Assembly: GCA_040752415.1 (NCBI GenBank)
Contig: JBFMGU010000043.1
Coordinates: forward strand, 1 to 52,518
Source: Myxococcota bacterium
Lineage (GTDB): Bacteria > Myxococcota > JACRCW01
DNA: 52,518 nt
Reading direction: 5' to 3'
In this document: positions 36,301 through 44,175 of the stretch, one piece after another
Numbering within the stretch: the first letter of the stretch is position 1
Layout of the letters: each line of letters starts with the position of its first letter
Made by a program: the position numbers and the translations under genes
Notes under the pieces: model-generated
What the model was told of the DNA's origin: nothing
Database searches by the model: none
The model's input: the letters and a program-made list of their open reading frames with translations, nothing else

Positions 36301-38761
36301 CAATGAATGGGTGGCGGTGCCGCGCGTGAACAGCCCGCACACCGTGGCGCTGCTCCCGTCGGTAGGCACGGCGCTGCAGCCGCCCGGCGGTTCCCTTTCG
36401 CCGCAGGGTGGCACCGACGGCGTCGACGGCGTGGGTGAGCAGGTGGCCAGCGTCATTCCCTGGACCAGCGTGGACACCTCCACCACGCGCGGCGGACAGC
36501 GCTTTGCCCACGCCGCGGCGTACGACCCGGTGCGGGAGCGCATGGTGGTCTTTGCCGGGTACGGCGGTACCGACGACGTGCGCGAGTGGGACGGCCGCCA
36601 GTTCACCGTGGCCACGCCGGAGGGATTCCGTCCCGCGGTGCGCGCCGGTGCGGTGATGGCGTTTGATGCGCTGCGCGGTCGCGTGCTGATGGCGGGCGGG
36701 AGCGTGCAGGGCGTCCCGGTGCCCGACGCGTGGGAGTGGGACGGAGAGCGCTGGACCCGGCTGCCGGATGCGCCCATCTCGTCGGGGATGGAGGGCGCGG
36801 GGTCCGCCTACGACACGCTGCGCGGTCGCTGGGTGATCTTTGGCGGCGGGCAGGTGCTGGTGGACGGACCCTTCCCGCTCCCGCTCATGAACGACGCACT
36901 GCGCGAGTGGGATGGCACGCAGTGGCTCACCCCCGCGCAAGGGTCCCCGCGTCCGTCACCACGCCTCTTTCCCGCCGCCGCGTTCGACGCCGAGCACGGC
37001 ACCACCGTCCTCTTCGGCGGATTTGGCGGCGCCGGCTTCAACCTGGCACCGCGCAATGACACCTGGACGTGGAACGGCAGCGGCTGGACGCAGCACACCA
37101 GCGGCCCCACGCCGCCGCCACGCGTGGGTGGTGCCATGGCCTATGACCCGGTGCGCGGCGTCACGGTGCTCTTCGGCGGCTGCCTGACGTTGAGCGCCAA
37201 CCTGGAAGCCGGTCGTCCCGACTGCGACGAGGCGCTGGGCGACACCTGGGAATGGGACGGCGCCAGCTGGACGGAGGTCATCGTCCCGTCGTCACCGGAG
37301 GTGCGCGCGCTGGCCACCCTCGTCGAGGATCCCCGTTTCGCGGGCGTGCTGTTGTTCGGCGGCGCGGGCGGCGGCCAGGGATTGGACAACTTCCTCGAGG
37401 ATGTCTGGCGTTGGGACGGCACCGCGTGGACGGAGGTGACGCCAGGTACCGTCGATCCCCCGCCGTTCCTGGACGCCGCGGTGGTGTGGAACGCTTCCCG
37501 ACGGGAGCTGGTGGCCGTGGCCGGCAGCGTGGGTGACGACGACACACAGGACACGTGGATCTGGGACGGCTCCCGCTGGCGGCTGCACACGCAGACCGAG
37601 CCGCTGTTCAGCCCGCGCGCGCGACCCCAGGTTGGCTACAACCGCGACGACACCTCCCTCCTGCTCTTCGGCGGCCAGCAGGACGGCAATGTCTTCAAGG
37701 ACGCCTGGCGCTTCGACGGCACCCGCTGGACCGCGCTCGCCGCCGTCCCCAACGAGCTCACCGAGCGCTCCCGCGGGGGGATGGCCTACGACGAGAGACG
37801 GCACGTCATGGTGTTGTTCGCGGGTCGCGACGGCAACGAGACCATGCTCAACGACACCTGGGAGTGGGACGGCGTGACCTGGACGCAGCGCACGCCGAAT
37901 GACCCGCAGCTCGGACCCGCGGCGCGACGTGAGTTCGCCATGACCTATGACGCGTCCCCGGGACGACGTCGGGTGCTGGTCTTTGGCGGCAACGGCAACC
38001 CCGCGTACCTCGGCGACCTGTGGGAATGGGACGGTGACGCAGGCGCCTGGCTCGAGGTGGTGACGTCGGGGGAGAGCCCCGTGGCACGTCGTGACGCGAG
38101 CCTGTTCCATGACCGCGTGGGGGAGCGCGTGCTGCTCTTTGGTGGTCAGCAGAATGATGGTCTGCAGTTCAACGACCTCTGGGAGCTGCGCGGCAACACC
38201 TGGCGACGTCTCCCCGTCTCCGCCGACGGTCCCACCCCGCGCATGAACGCGGCGCTCGTCGTCGACGAGACCATCCCGCGGGTGTTCCTGCACGGCGGAC
38301 TGTCCACTGGCCCGCTGTCGGACTCCTGGGCCACGGACATCTGGTCCGGACGGCAGGCCGGCGTGCAGGTCACCTTCTCGGTGGATGAAGTCGCCGCGCT
38401 CGACGTCACCAGCCTGGAGCTGCGCGCGCGGGCCGGCGGGGCCTACGCGGGGGGCAACGGCGCCTCGCTGCAGGCGTGGTCCGCGTATGCGCCCGCGCTG
38501 CGTTCTCCGGGCTGGACCGAGCTGACACGCAACGGGGCCGCCGCCACCGACGTCACCGACCTCACCGACGACGACACGGGGCTGGTGTGGTCCTCCCCGT
38601 CGGAGACCGAGGCCCGCCGGCTCATCCAGCAGGGCGCGGGACGACTCAGCGTGCAGGTGCGTGCGGGCGGTCCCTCCGCGCCCGGCAACGGCACGCCGTC
38701 ACAGGTGGTGGTGGATCACGTGGAGGCGCGCGTGCACTACACGCTGCCCGCGCAGGACTGA
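33398..38761 (+). CDS. Giant lipoprotein with Ig-like repeats and a Kelch-type beta-propeller region
   Basis: Lipobox LGAAC. Repeated 'D.AGN' Ig units. Many 'AYD..R...VLFGG.....DTWEWDG..W' Kelch repeats. Confidence 0.88.
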   Translation: MTVLRPLHSRVLPGHLRRLVVVALALGAACTTPPPGVDVNGMAPGTVRVRFTWPKEPRYRERMSAWLHVVDRDNPSATSVSDGPFDYRYTEPVNRNLQIPNGRSVVVTLELRPTPDSTEVYFRGVSQPREIRQEDPTPVNIEVPIIPTPCREVDDEKLCLAVLHDLPTYGELPYTNSPQVQVVLVPPATAVHVQLSNTEDMKGAATREFELARFPLEEVAVGTRGRKLDWDLTRGLSEDDWRCHAEAGCLRTIYARFLDGERFAGPLLLVPVMFDQQGPALLTGAGEILVEPNPARASSVLTVRLRANEILRGPPTLQVDESPAFVFRAPSEGVASDVYTFTGAAAGLLGTDGVYTVRALLKDIAGNPSHELPIVGTLELDTHEPELLDLVVSTVPRPGATSVDTTPQSSLPARVGRDTVTTVSFTSEDLTPTPEEAAQGRGPSYLVSLAGQPVLPCQSQALVGEVVRYTCGPLHVQPQPGQEEQEIGDLVTVSAVDRAGNQRVSESVRVVLDFRAPDVTTQAFPTRLRVGDELVFSAGFSEPLDPQKQPVLHLAGEDRLPSEPPLGLLYRWRIPAASLGDGHHVPTVLAEDVVGNAVAATGEAFDVDVTPPAVTLTLVGGVPGANPPRFGPAHTICLVVDTEADATITAAVAGVGLTLSDGTDGCALGQWRLGVDAAPFPDADETGTLIITSVADAFDNVETRQVALVVDRRAPRVTHVDVQYEPPGNHPLPSVTAAGPGTVVRLDLTTDEPVDPTTVRVCVGSADCAGLQLIRAGDSDDTHLVFLRPADGTEAVGVHALYLQARDAAGNLSTPALGTTVEFLHYDGSARVPLVVEQQQVGWTRSPWGAVTTETSTTPDGGAGHVIPAQRHFALSPGRERDARGELSGDAFQVADAGAPLLVRVWARPSPFVPADFDVDEEVLLGTLSPSVDGGWPRTPLSNVDAPGVVVTAVDRAGNESLPVAVERNEWVAVPRVNSPHTVALLPSVGTALQPPGGSLSPQGGTDGVDGVGEQVASVIPWTSVDTSTTRGGQRFAHAAAYDPVRERMVVFAGYGGTDDVREWDGRQFTVATPEGFRPAVRAGAVMAFDALRGRVLMAGGSVQGVPVPDAWEWDGERWTRLPDAPISSGMEGAGSAYDTLRGRWVIFGGGQVLVDGPFPLPLMNDALREWDGTQWLTPAQGSPRPSPRLFPAAAFDAEHGTTVLFGGFGGAGFNLAPRNDTWTWNGSGWTQHTSGPTPPPRVGGAMAYDPVRGVTVLFGGCLTLSANLEAGRPDCDEALGDTWEWDGASWTEVIVPSSPEVRALATLVEDPRFAGVLLFGGAGGGQGLDNFLEDVWRWDGTAWTEVTPGTVDPPPFLDAAVVWNASRRELVAVAGSVGDDDTQDTWIWDGSRWRLHTQTEPLFSPRARPQVGYNRDDTSLLLFGGQQDGNVFKDAWRFDGTRWTALAAVPNELTERSRGGMAYDERRHVMVLFAGRDGNETMLNDTWEWDGVTWTQRTPNDPQLGPAARREFAMTYDASPGRRRVLVFGGNGNPAYLGDLWEWDGDAGAWLEVVTSGESPVARRDASLFHDRVGERVLLFGGQQNDGLQFNDLWELRGNTWRRLPVSADGPTPRMNAALVVDETIPRVFLHGGLSTGPLSDSWATDIWSGRQAGVQVTFSVDEVAALDVTSLELRARAGGAYAGGNGASLQAWSAYAPALRSPGWTELTRNGAAATDVTDLTDDDTGLVWSSPSETEARRLIQQGAGRLSVQVRAGGPSAPGNGTPSQVVVDHVEARVHYTLPAQD

Positions 38762-38821
38762 GCGGCTACGTCGGTTCACGCTCGGTGGACCGGGAAGTGA
38801 TGGCCCTTGGCAGCGGGATCG

Positions 38822-38926
38822 CAGACAAGAATGGCTGCGCCACGGGATTTGAGCCGTCGAAAATCCTGAACCCAGGAGCATGGGTTGTGGGAAGCGGTTG
38901 GACCGTGGCGCAGCCATTCCTGCCTG
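38822..38926. repeat. Inverted REP-like doublet (24-bp arms)
   Basis: CAGACAAGAATGGCTGCGCCACGG (38822-38845) / CCGTGGCGCAGCCATTCCTGCCTG (38903-38926), 2 mismatches. Confidence 0.75.
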
Positions 38927-38936
38927 GTCCGCGAGC

Positions 38937-39096
38937 GAAAGCGGCACTTCATGCCGCAGTCCGAAAGGGTGCGGGCATCGCTCCGATTCGTGACATTGCC
39001 ACGCCCGCACCCGTGCCACGTCGGGGAACGTGCCGGCCTGTCCAGGAGAGCGAACGCGGCCGGCACTTTCGGACTGCGGCATGAAGTGCCGCTTTC
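38937..39096. repeat. REPIN-like inverted doublet (31-bp perfect arms, 98-bp spacer)
   Basis: GAAAGCGGCACTTCATGCCGCAGTCCGAAAG and its reverse complement at 39066-39096. Each arm has an internal hairpin. Confidence 0.85.
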
Positions 39097-39148
39097 CCTC
39101 GGACCAACGCGGCGCCCTCCGCCGGATGGAGCCAGCGGCGTGACAACC

Positions 39149-39607
39149 TCACCGGGAACCGCCGTCAGGCACGGCTTCCTCCGGCGGCAGGTAGACCACG
39201 CGCGCGGGCCCCTCTCCGTCGTCATTTTGCTCAATCTGCGCCAGGACCAGCTCCCCGCCGTCCTCGAGGATCAGCACCACGCGCGCGGTATCCAGCGGCG
39301 CGGCCTCCTCGGCAAAGGCCTTCCGCACACGCGCGCCCTTCAGCCCGTACGCCGCGGCGTAGTCCACCTTGCGCACCGCGTCCTCGTCGGGGTTCTCCAC
39401 CAGCCCGTCGCATTCCTCCCAGAACGCCACGCCGGCATCCAGGAAGAAGCGCTGCCACTGCCCGCCCACCGGCTTCACGTAAAGGCTGACCGGGCTGTCG
39501 TCGGGAGCTTCCCCGTCCACCACGCCCAGCACCTCCTCCAGGACCACGCCTTCGAGGTCGGGAATGTCGAAGTCGATGTCACCTGCCAGCGGTCCGCGCG
39601 GCTCCAT
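39149..39607 (-). CDS. Acidic hypothetical protein
   Basis: GC3-rich ORF: MEPRGPLAGDIDFDIPDLEG...WQRFFLDAGVAFWEE. Confidence 0.65.
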   Translation of the reverse strand: MEPRGPLAGDIDFDIPDLEGVVLEEVLGVVDGEAPDDSPVSLYVKPVGGQWQRFFLDAGVAFWEECDGLVENPDEDAVRKVDYAAAYGLKGARVRKAFAEEAAPLDTARVVLILEDGGELVLAQIEQNDDGEGPARVVYLPPEEAVPDGGSR

Positions 39608-39699
39608 GCCGGCTTTCCAACACACGCGCCGCGGTGGGCGCAATCGGTGGGATGGCCGTGAGCTTGATCCACCCCGCGGCAGGTTGCAGACTCCCTCTC

Positions 39700-40248
39700 G
39701 TGCGTGCCCTCCGTCCTCTCGCGCTGCTTGTGCTCACGCTTGCCGTGACGTCGTGCCAGGAGGAGGCCAGTCCGTTCACCCTGGACCTGGAGCTGCAGAA
39801 CCCCACGCCGCTGACCTTCGAGGGGAGTGGCGGGGTCCTGGGCTATGGCGTGGAGCTCCGCGTGGAGGGACTGGAGAACGGCCAGCCGCTGATCCTGGAC
39901 CCGGAGTGCAACGGCCGCGTCTGCGGAGAGGCCGCGCTCACCGACCCCGGCACCTGCGGGCAGAGCGCCCTCATCCGCTCGCAGACCGCGCAGCCCATTG
40001 CCTGGGACGGGCGGTACCTGCCGCGCAGCATGGACGCGTTCGGGGAGTGCCTGGCGCCCGCGCGCGCCGTGCCCCAGGGACCCATCACCGTCACCGTGTG
40101 CGGAAGGCTGACCGGGCCTTCGGTACCACGGGCACCGTTGCGTTGCGCCGTGCACCAGGAGGAGCTCAACCGCGAGCAGGACGCGGGTGACATCCACCTC
40201 GTCTACAACGTGCCGGGCGCCGCGGAATTCGAGACGGCGGAGCCATGA
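39700..40248 (+). CDS. Hypothetical lipoprotein (start uncertain, 39652 or 39700)
   Basis: Lipobox AVTSC; stop overlaps the next ATG (ATGA). Confidence 0.7.
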   Translation: MRALRPLALLVLTLAVTSCQEEASPFTLDLELQNPTPLTFEGSGGVLGYGVELRVEGLENGQPLILDPECNGRVCGEAALTDPGTCGQSALIRSQTAQPIAWDGRYLPRSMDAFGECLAPARAVPQGPITVTVCGRLTGPSVPRAPLRCAVHQEELNREQDAGDIHLVYNVPGAAEFETAEP

Positions 40249-41372
40249 GCACGTCGGTGTTGGCCCTCCTGGTCGTCGGGGCGCTGCTGCTGGCGCTGTT
40301 GGCGGTCTACCTGGCGGTGCACCTGCGCTGGGTGCTGGACTTCAAGCCCACCGAGGTCATCCAGGTCCGCACCGTCGACGGGCACACGCTGCCCATGTAC
40401 CGCCACCGTCGGGAGCTGCCGGATTCCCAGCGCAAGGGCGTGGTGCTCTGCCTGCACGGGCTGGGCGCCAGCCACTTCAACTTCGACTTTCCCGGCAGTG
40501 CGGACCTCGCCGGCTACCTCGCCGACCAGGGCTATGACGTCTTCGTGCCAGCGCTGCGCGGGGATGCGGACGTGGCGTTTCCCGAGGGAGCGCTGTCCGG
40601 CTGGTCCTTCGACGACTACGTGCGCCACGACCTCCCCGCCATCCTGGAGAAGGCGCTGCAGGTGAGCGGCGCGCGCAAGGTCCACCTGCTGGGTCATTCC
40701 ATGGGCGGGCTGCTCTCCTACGCGCTGGCCGCGGTGCACGGCGAGGACGGGGTGGGTTCCATCGTCGCCATGGGCTCACCGGTGGGGTTTGCGGAGAAGG
40801 GCGCGGTGGTGGGGGACATTGCGTGGGTGGAATGGCTGGTGCGTCGGCTGCCCACGGTGCACATCCGGTTCTTCGCGCGGGTGTTTGCGCCGTGGTTGAT
40901 GTGGATGCCGGCCTTCTTCCTGCGCAGCCAGTTCAATCCCAGCCAGGTGGACATGACGTACGTGCGACGCGCCACCTGGCACGCGCTCAGTCACGTCAGC
41001 ACGCGGCTGCTCCTGCAGTTCGTGGACTGGATCCGCCACGACGCATTCCGCAGCGTGGATCACAGCCTGGACTACCGGGAGGCCATGCGGCGCATCACGG
41101 TGCCGGTGCTGGTGATTGCCGGCGAGGTGGACCTGATGTGTCGCCACGGCAATGCGCTGCGGGCGCTGGACCTGGTGGCCAGCGCGGACAAGCAGGCGGT
41201 GCTGCTGGGCCGCGACGCCGGTTTCTCCGACGGGTACGGGCACATTGACATGGTGTTCGGCATGCGCGCGCGTGACGAGGTGTTCCCGCACATCACCAGC
41301 TTCCTGGACCGCGTGTCCGGCGCGGCGGCGCGGAAGCTGAACGGCCACGCGCACCCGGGCGTGGAGGGGTGA
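40245..41372 (+). CDS. Alpha/beta hydrolase with an N-terminal membrane anchor
   Basis: CLHGLG, GHSMGG nucleophile elbow, GEVD, YGHID. Confidence 0.9.
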   Translation: MSTSVLALLVVGALLLALLAVYLAVHLRWVLDFKPTEVIQVRTVDGHTLPMYRHRRELPDSQRKGVVLCLHGLGASHFNFDFPGSADLAGYLADQGYDVFVPALRGDADVAFPEGALSGWSFDDYVRHDLPAILEKALQVSGARKVHLLGHSMGGLLSYALAAVHGEDGVGSIVAMGSPVGFAEKGAVVGDIAWVEWLVRRLPTVHIRFFARVFAPWLMWMPAFFLRSQFNPSQVDMTYVRRATWHALSHVSTRLLLQFVDWIRHDAFRSVDHSLDYREAMRRITVPVLVIAGEVDLMCRHGNALRALDLVASADKQAVLLGRDAGFSDGYGHIDMVFGMRARDEVFPHITSFLDRVSGAAARKLNGHAHPGVEG

Positions 41373-41495
41373 GGCGTCGCGCGTCCTACGCAAGCCCCAC
41401 CGCGGGCCCGGGTTTTCTGTGTACGGGAAGGTGGGGTGCGCGGTGGGGCCGCCGGCAGGTTGCGAGGGCCGGCATCCCAGGCCCAAAACAGAACC

Positions 41496-42812
41496 ATGGA
41501 AGGCTCCTATGAGCTCAACCGGTTCACCCTCTGGTTTCGCGACCCCAGCATCGAGCGGGACTACCAGGTGGCGTGGGGCCGCAGGGCCCTCAAGCCGCTG
41601 CGCTGGTCGATGGCGCTCGCGGTCTTTGTCATGCTGCAAGGGATCGTCACGGATCGCTACCTGGCCACCGCGGAGGCCGCGGCGCGCATGGTGTGGATTC
41701 GCGTCGGGATTGGCATCCCCCTGCTGCTGGCCATCTTTGCGTTGACCTGGCTGCCCGCCGCCCAGCGCAGACTCCAGGACACCGTCACCGCGGGCCTCTT
41801 CCTGCTGCTGCTGACGCTGATGCTTCCGTCGCTGATCTATGCACCGCCCTCCCCGCCCATCGTCATCCTCGGGTCCACCCAGCTCATCCTCGTATCGACC
41901 TTCGTGTTGTTTTCGTTGGGCTTCGTGCGGAGCACGATGTTTGCCCTGGGGGTGCTGGCGGGCACGCACTTTGCGGTCCACTACCACCACATGACCGGAC
42001 CCGACGTGTTCGGCATCTTCTTCATGCAACACCTCACCACGCTGGTGTGCACGGTGGGCGGGTACCTGACGGAGCGACGGGACCGGCAGCTCTTTGTCGA
42101 CGAGCGCCTGTTGGCGGAAGAGCGGGATGTCTCCGAGCGCCTCCTCCTCAACATCCTGCCCGGCTCCATTGCGCGGCGGCTCAAGGGCGGCGCGGAGACC
42201 ATTGCGGACGCCATCCATGACGTGGGGGTGTTGTTCTCGGACATCGTCGGGTTCACCGGCATGTCCGCCCGCCTCTCGCCGGAGGAGACGGTGCGACGTC
42301 TCAATGAGATGTTCACCACGTTCGACGCGCTGGCGGCGCGCCATGGCCTGGAGAAGATCAAGACCATTGGCGACGCGTACATGGTGATCTCCGGCGCCCC
42401 GGAGACGCGCGAGGATCACCTGATGCACCTGGCCGACATGGCGCTGGAGATGCAGCGCTCCGTGGTGGAAGTGGGGCAGCGCCTGGGAGAGCCGCTGGGC
42501 ATCCGCATTGGCATCCACGCCGGGCCGGTGGTGGCCGGCGTCATTGGCAAGCGGAAGTTCAGCTACGACCTGTGGGGTGACACCGTGAACACCGCCAGTC
42601 GCATGGAGTCCCACGGCATCGAGGGCGGTATCCAGGTTTCCGACGTGGTGCAGGCCCGGCTCCAAGGACACTTCGTGCTGGAGGAGCGGGGCACGGTTGA
42701 GATCAAGGGCAAGGGACCCATGCGGACCTGGTTGCTGAAGGGCAGGCGCCAAGGGCCGGCCACGACCACGGAATCCGGGGAGCGCGCGCCGCCCTCCGCC
42801 CAGCCTGTCTGA
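41496..42812 (+). CDS. Membrane-bound class III adenylate/guanylate cyclase (adenylate-type specificity residues)
   Basis: TM region; LLLNILP, FSDIVGFT, KIKTIGDAYM, RIGIHAGPVVAGVIG, YDLWGDTVNTASRMES. Confidence 0.93.
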   Translation: MEGSYELNRFTLWFRDPSIERDYQVAWGRRALKPLRWSMALAVFVMLQGIVTDRYLATAEAAARMVWIRVGIGIPLLLAIFALTWLPAAQRRLQDTVTAGLFLLLLTLMLPSLIYAPPSPPIVILGSTQLILVSTFVLFSLGFVRSTMFALGVLAGTHFAVHYHHMTGPDVFGIFFMQHLTTLVCTVGGYLTERRDRQLFVDERLLAEERDVSERLLLNILPGSIARRLKGGAETIADAIHDVGVLFSDIVGFTGMSARLSPEETVRRLNEMFTTFDALAARHGLEKIKTIGDAYMVISGAPETREDHLMHLADMALEMQRSVVEVGQRLGEPLGIRIGIHAGPVVAGVIGKRKFSYDLWGDTVNTASRMESHGIEGGIQVSDVVQARLQGHFVLEERGTVEIKGKGPMRTWLLKGRRQGPATTTESGERAPPSAQPV

Positions 42813-42834
42813 CCTGCCGATTTTCCGCCTCGCC

Positions 42835-43497
42835 TCACCCCGCGTCCGACGCCACGCCACCATCCTCCGTCACGCCCGCGTCGGGGCACGGGTTCTCCGC
42901 TTCCCACGCCTCGCGGCTCGTGTAGATGCCGGTGGAGTACTCGTACAGGTCACCGCAGCCTTCTCCGTCGGAGGTCCAGTGGATGTACTCGTTGCGGAAC
43001 CCGCAGTGCAGGAACATCACCGAGGCGTAGGCGCTGAAGATGCAGGAGTCGTCGCACAGCTTGGAGTCGACGGCGTCGTCGCGCGACGGGTAGTGGGTCG
43101 GGTCGTCGCCCACGGTCCAGTAGTCGGGGCACGCGGGGTCCATGTCCACGTCATCCCAGCGGAACACGTACTCGTACGGCGTCACCGGGCAGCGGACGAT
43201 GAAGTGCTCGAGGTCGATGTACTCCCCGCACTCCGGGTGGGGGCCCGCGTCGGTGGCGGTGCCCGCGTCGGTTCCCACTCCGGCGTCGTGGGACTGGCCG
43301 CCTGCGTCAGCTCCGTCAGAAGCGTCAGAATTCTGATGGCTCGCGTCGGTGGGACCCTGATGACCGGCGTCGACGAGCGCGGAGCCATCCCGGCCGGTCG
43401 TGCCACCGTCACCCACCACGCCGGCATCCCCACTCACTGCGGGCTGCGTGCACCCCAACCATCCCCCGACGACAAACACTCCCAGCAGACGCTGCAT
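42835..43497 (-). CDS. Cys-rich hypothetical lipoprotein with DAG repeats
   Basis: MQRLLGVFVVGGWLGC lipobox-like start, DAG repeats, 8-Cys domain. Confidence 0.7.
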   Translation of the reverse strand: MQRLLGVFVVGGWLGCTQPAVSGDAGVVGDGGTTGRDGSALVDAGHQGPTDASHQNSDASDGADAGGQSHDAGVGTDAGTATDAGPHPECGEYIDLEHFIVRCPVTPYEYVFRWDDVDMDPACPDYWTVGDDPTHYPSRDDAVDSKLCDDSCIFSAYASVMFLHCGFRNEYIHWTSDGEGCGDLYEYSTGIYTSREAWEAENPCPDAGVTEDGGVASDAG

Positions 43498-43608
43498 CCG
43501 CACGGCAATCCTCTGTGCCACCGTGGATGCCCCGGCACGGCTGGCAGACATGAAGTCCCGACGCACCCACGCACCGTGGGCTCGCCGGGTCAGGGCGCCG
43601 TGCACGCG

Positions 43609-43624
43609 TGCAAGCCCGCTGCCA
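43609..43624 (-). promoter_or_regulatory. Possible sigma54 promoter for the 42835-43497 gene
   Basis: TGGCAG-CGGGC-TTGCA, GG-N10-GC spacing. Confidence 0.45.
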
Positions 43625-43700
43625 GGTCCTAAGTACCAGGCCAGAGGTTCTTTCGCATCAGGGAAGACTCCGGTTGAGCCCCGAACAGGCCGATCCAAAG

Positions 43701-43871
43701 CGGAGGCAAAGCGGTACTTCATACCGCAGTCCGAAAGTGCGGCCGCCGCTTGCGCGCTGTGTGGGCCGCACGTTGTGTCGTCGGAGGAATGAAACCGTGT
43801 GCCGGTCATGACTCCGCGGCAGAGCGCCGGCACACTTTCGGACTGCGGTATGAAGTACCGCTTTGCCTCCG
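43701..43871. repeat. REPIN-like inverted doublet (39-bp perfect arms)
   Basis: CGGAGGCAAAGCGGTACTTCATACCGCAGTCCGAAAGTG / reverse complement at 43833-43871; same family as 38937-39096. Confidence 0.85.
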
Positions 43872-43927
43872 GTGAGCAAGCCGAGTGCCCCAAGACACCC
43901 GCCTCGTCGTCGCACCGGAGAACTCGA

Positions 43928-44102
43928 AGCCAAAGCGGTATTCCAGACCGCACTCCCAGAGCGCCGGCCGCGCCCATCCCATTGGGCGGAGAAGCCGGCA
44001 CGCAGGGTTTCCCCACGAGCAGCCGCGGTGCGGGCACTCCGATGAAAGCGCACTCGCGGCGCCCGCACCTTTGGGAGTGCGGTCTGGAATACCGCTTTGG
44101 CT
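43928..44102. repeat. REPIN-like inverted doublet (31-bp perfect arms)
   Basis: AGCCAAAGCGGTATTCCAGACCGCACTCCCA / reverse complement at 44072-44102. Confidence 0.85.
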
Positions 44103-44145
44103 CAGGCTGTGCGGGCTCACCGGAGCTCCTCCCCATGTGAAAGAA

Positions 44146-44171
44146 CCTCTCGCCACCTACTTGGCGAGAGG
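44146..44171. terminator. Hairpin directly after the CAP-domain gene stop
   Basis: CCTCTCGCCA-CCTACT-TGGCGAGAGG, followed on the minus strand by TTCTTT. Confidence 0.5.
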
Positions 44172-44175
44172 GGCG

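Noticed and set aside
43505..43520. Sigma54-like TGGCAC-N6-TTGC
   Set aside because: The spacing is one base too long and the site is too close to the start codon.
43498..44136. N-terminal extension of the 42835-44136 ORF
   Set aside because: It runs through the REPIN-like repeats. The signal peptide begins at ATG 43497.
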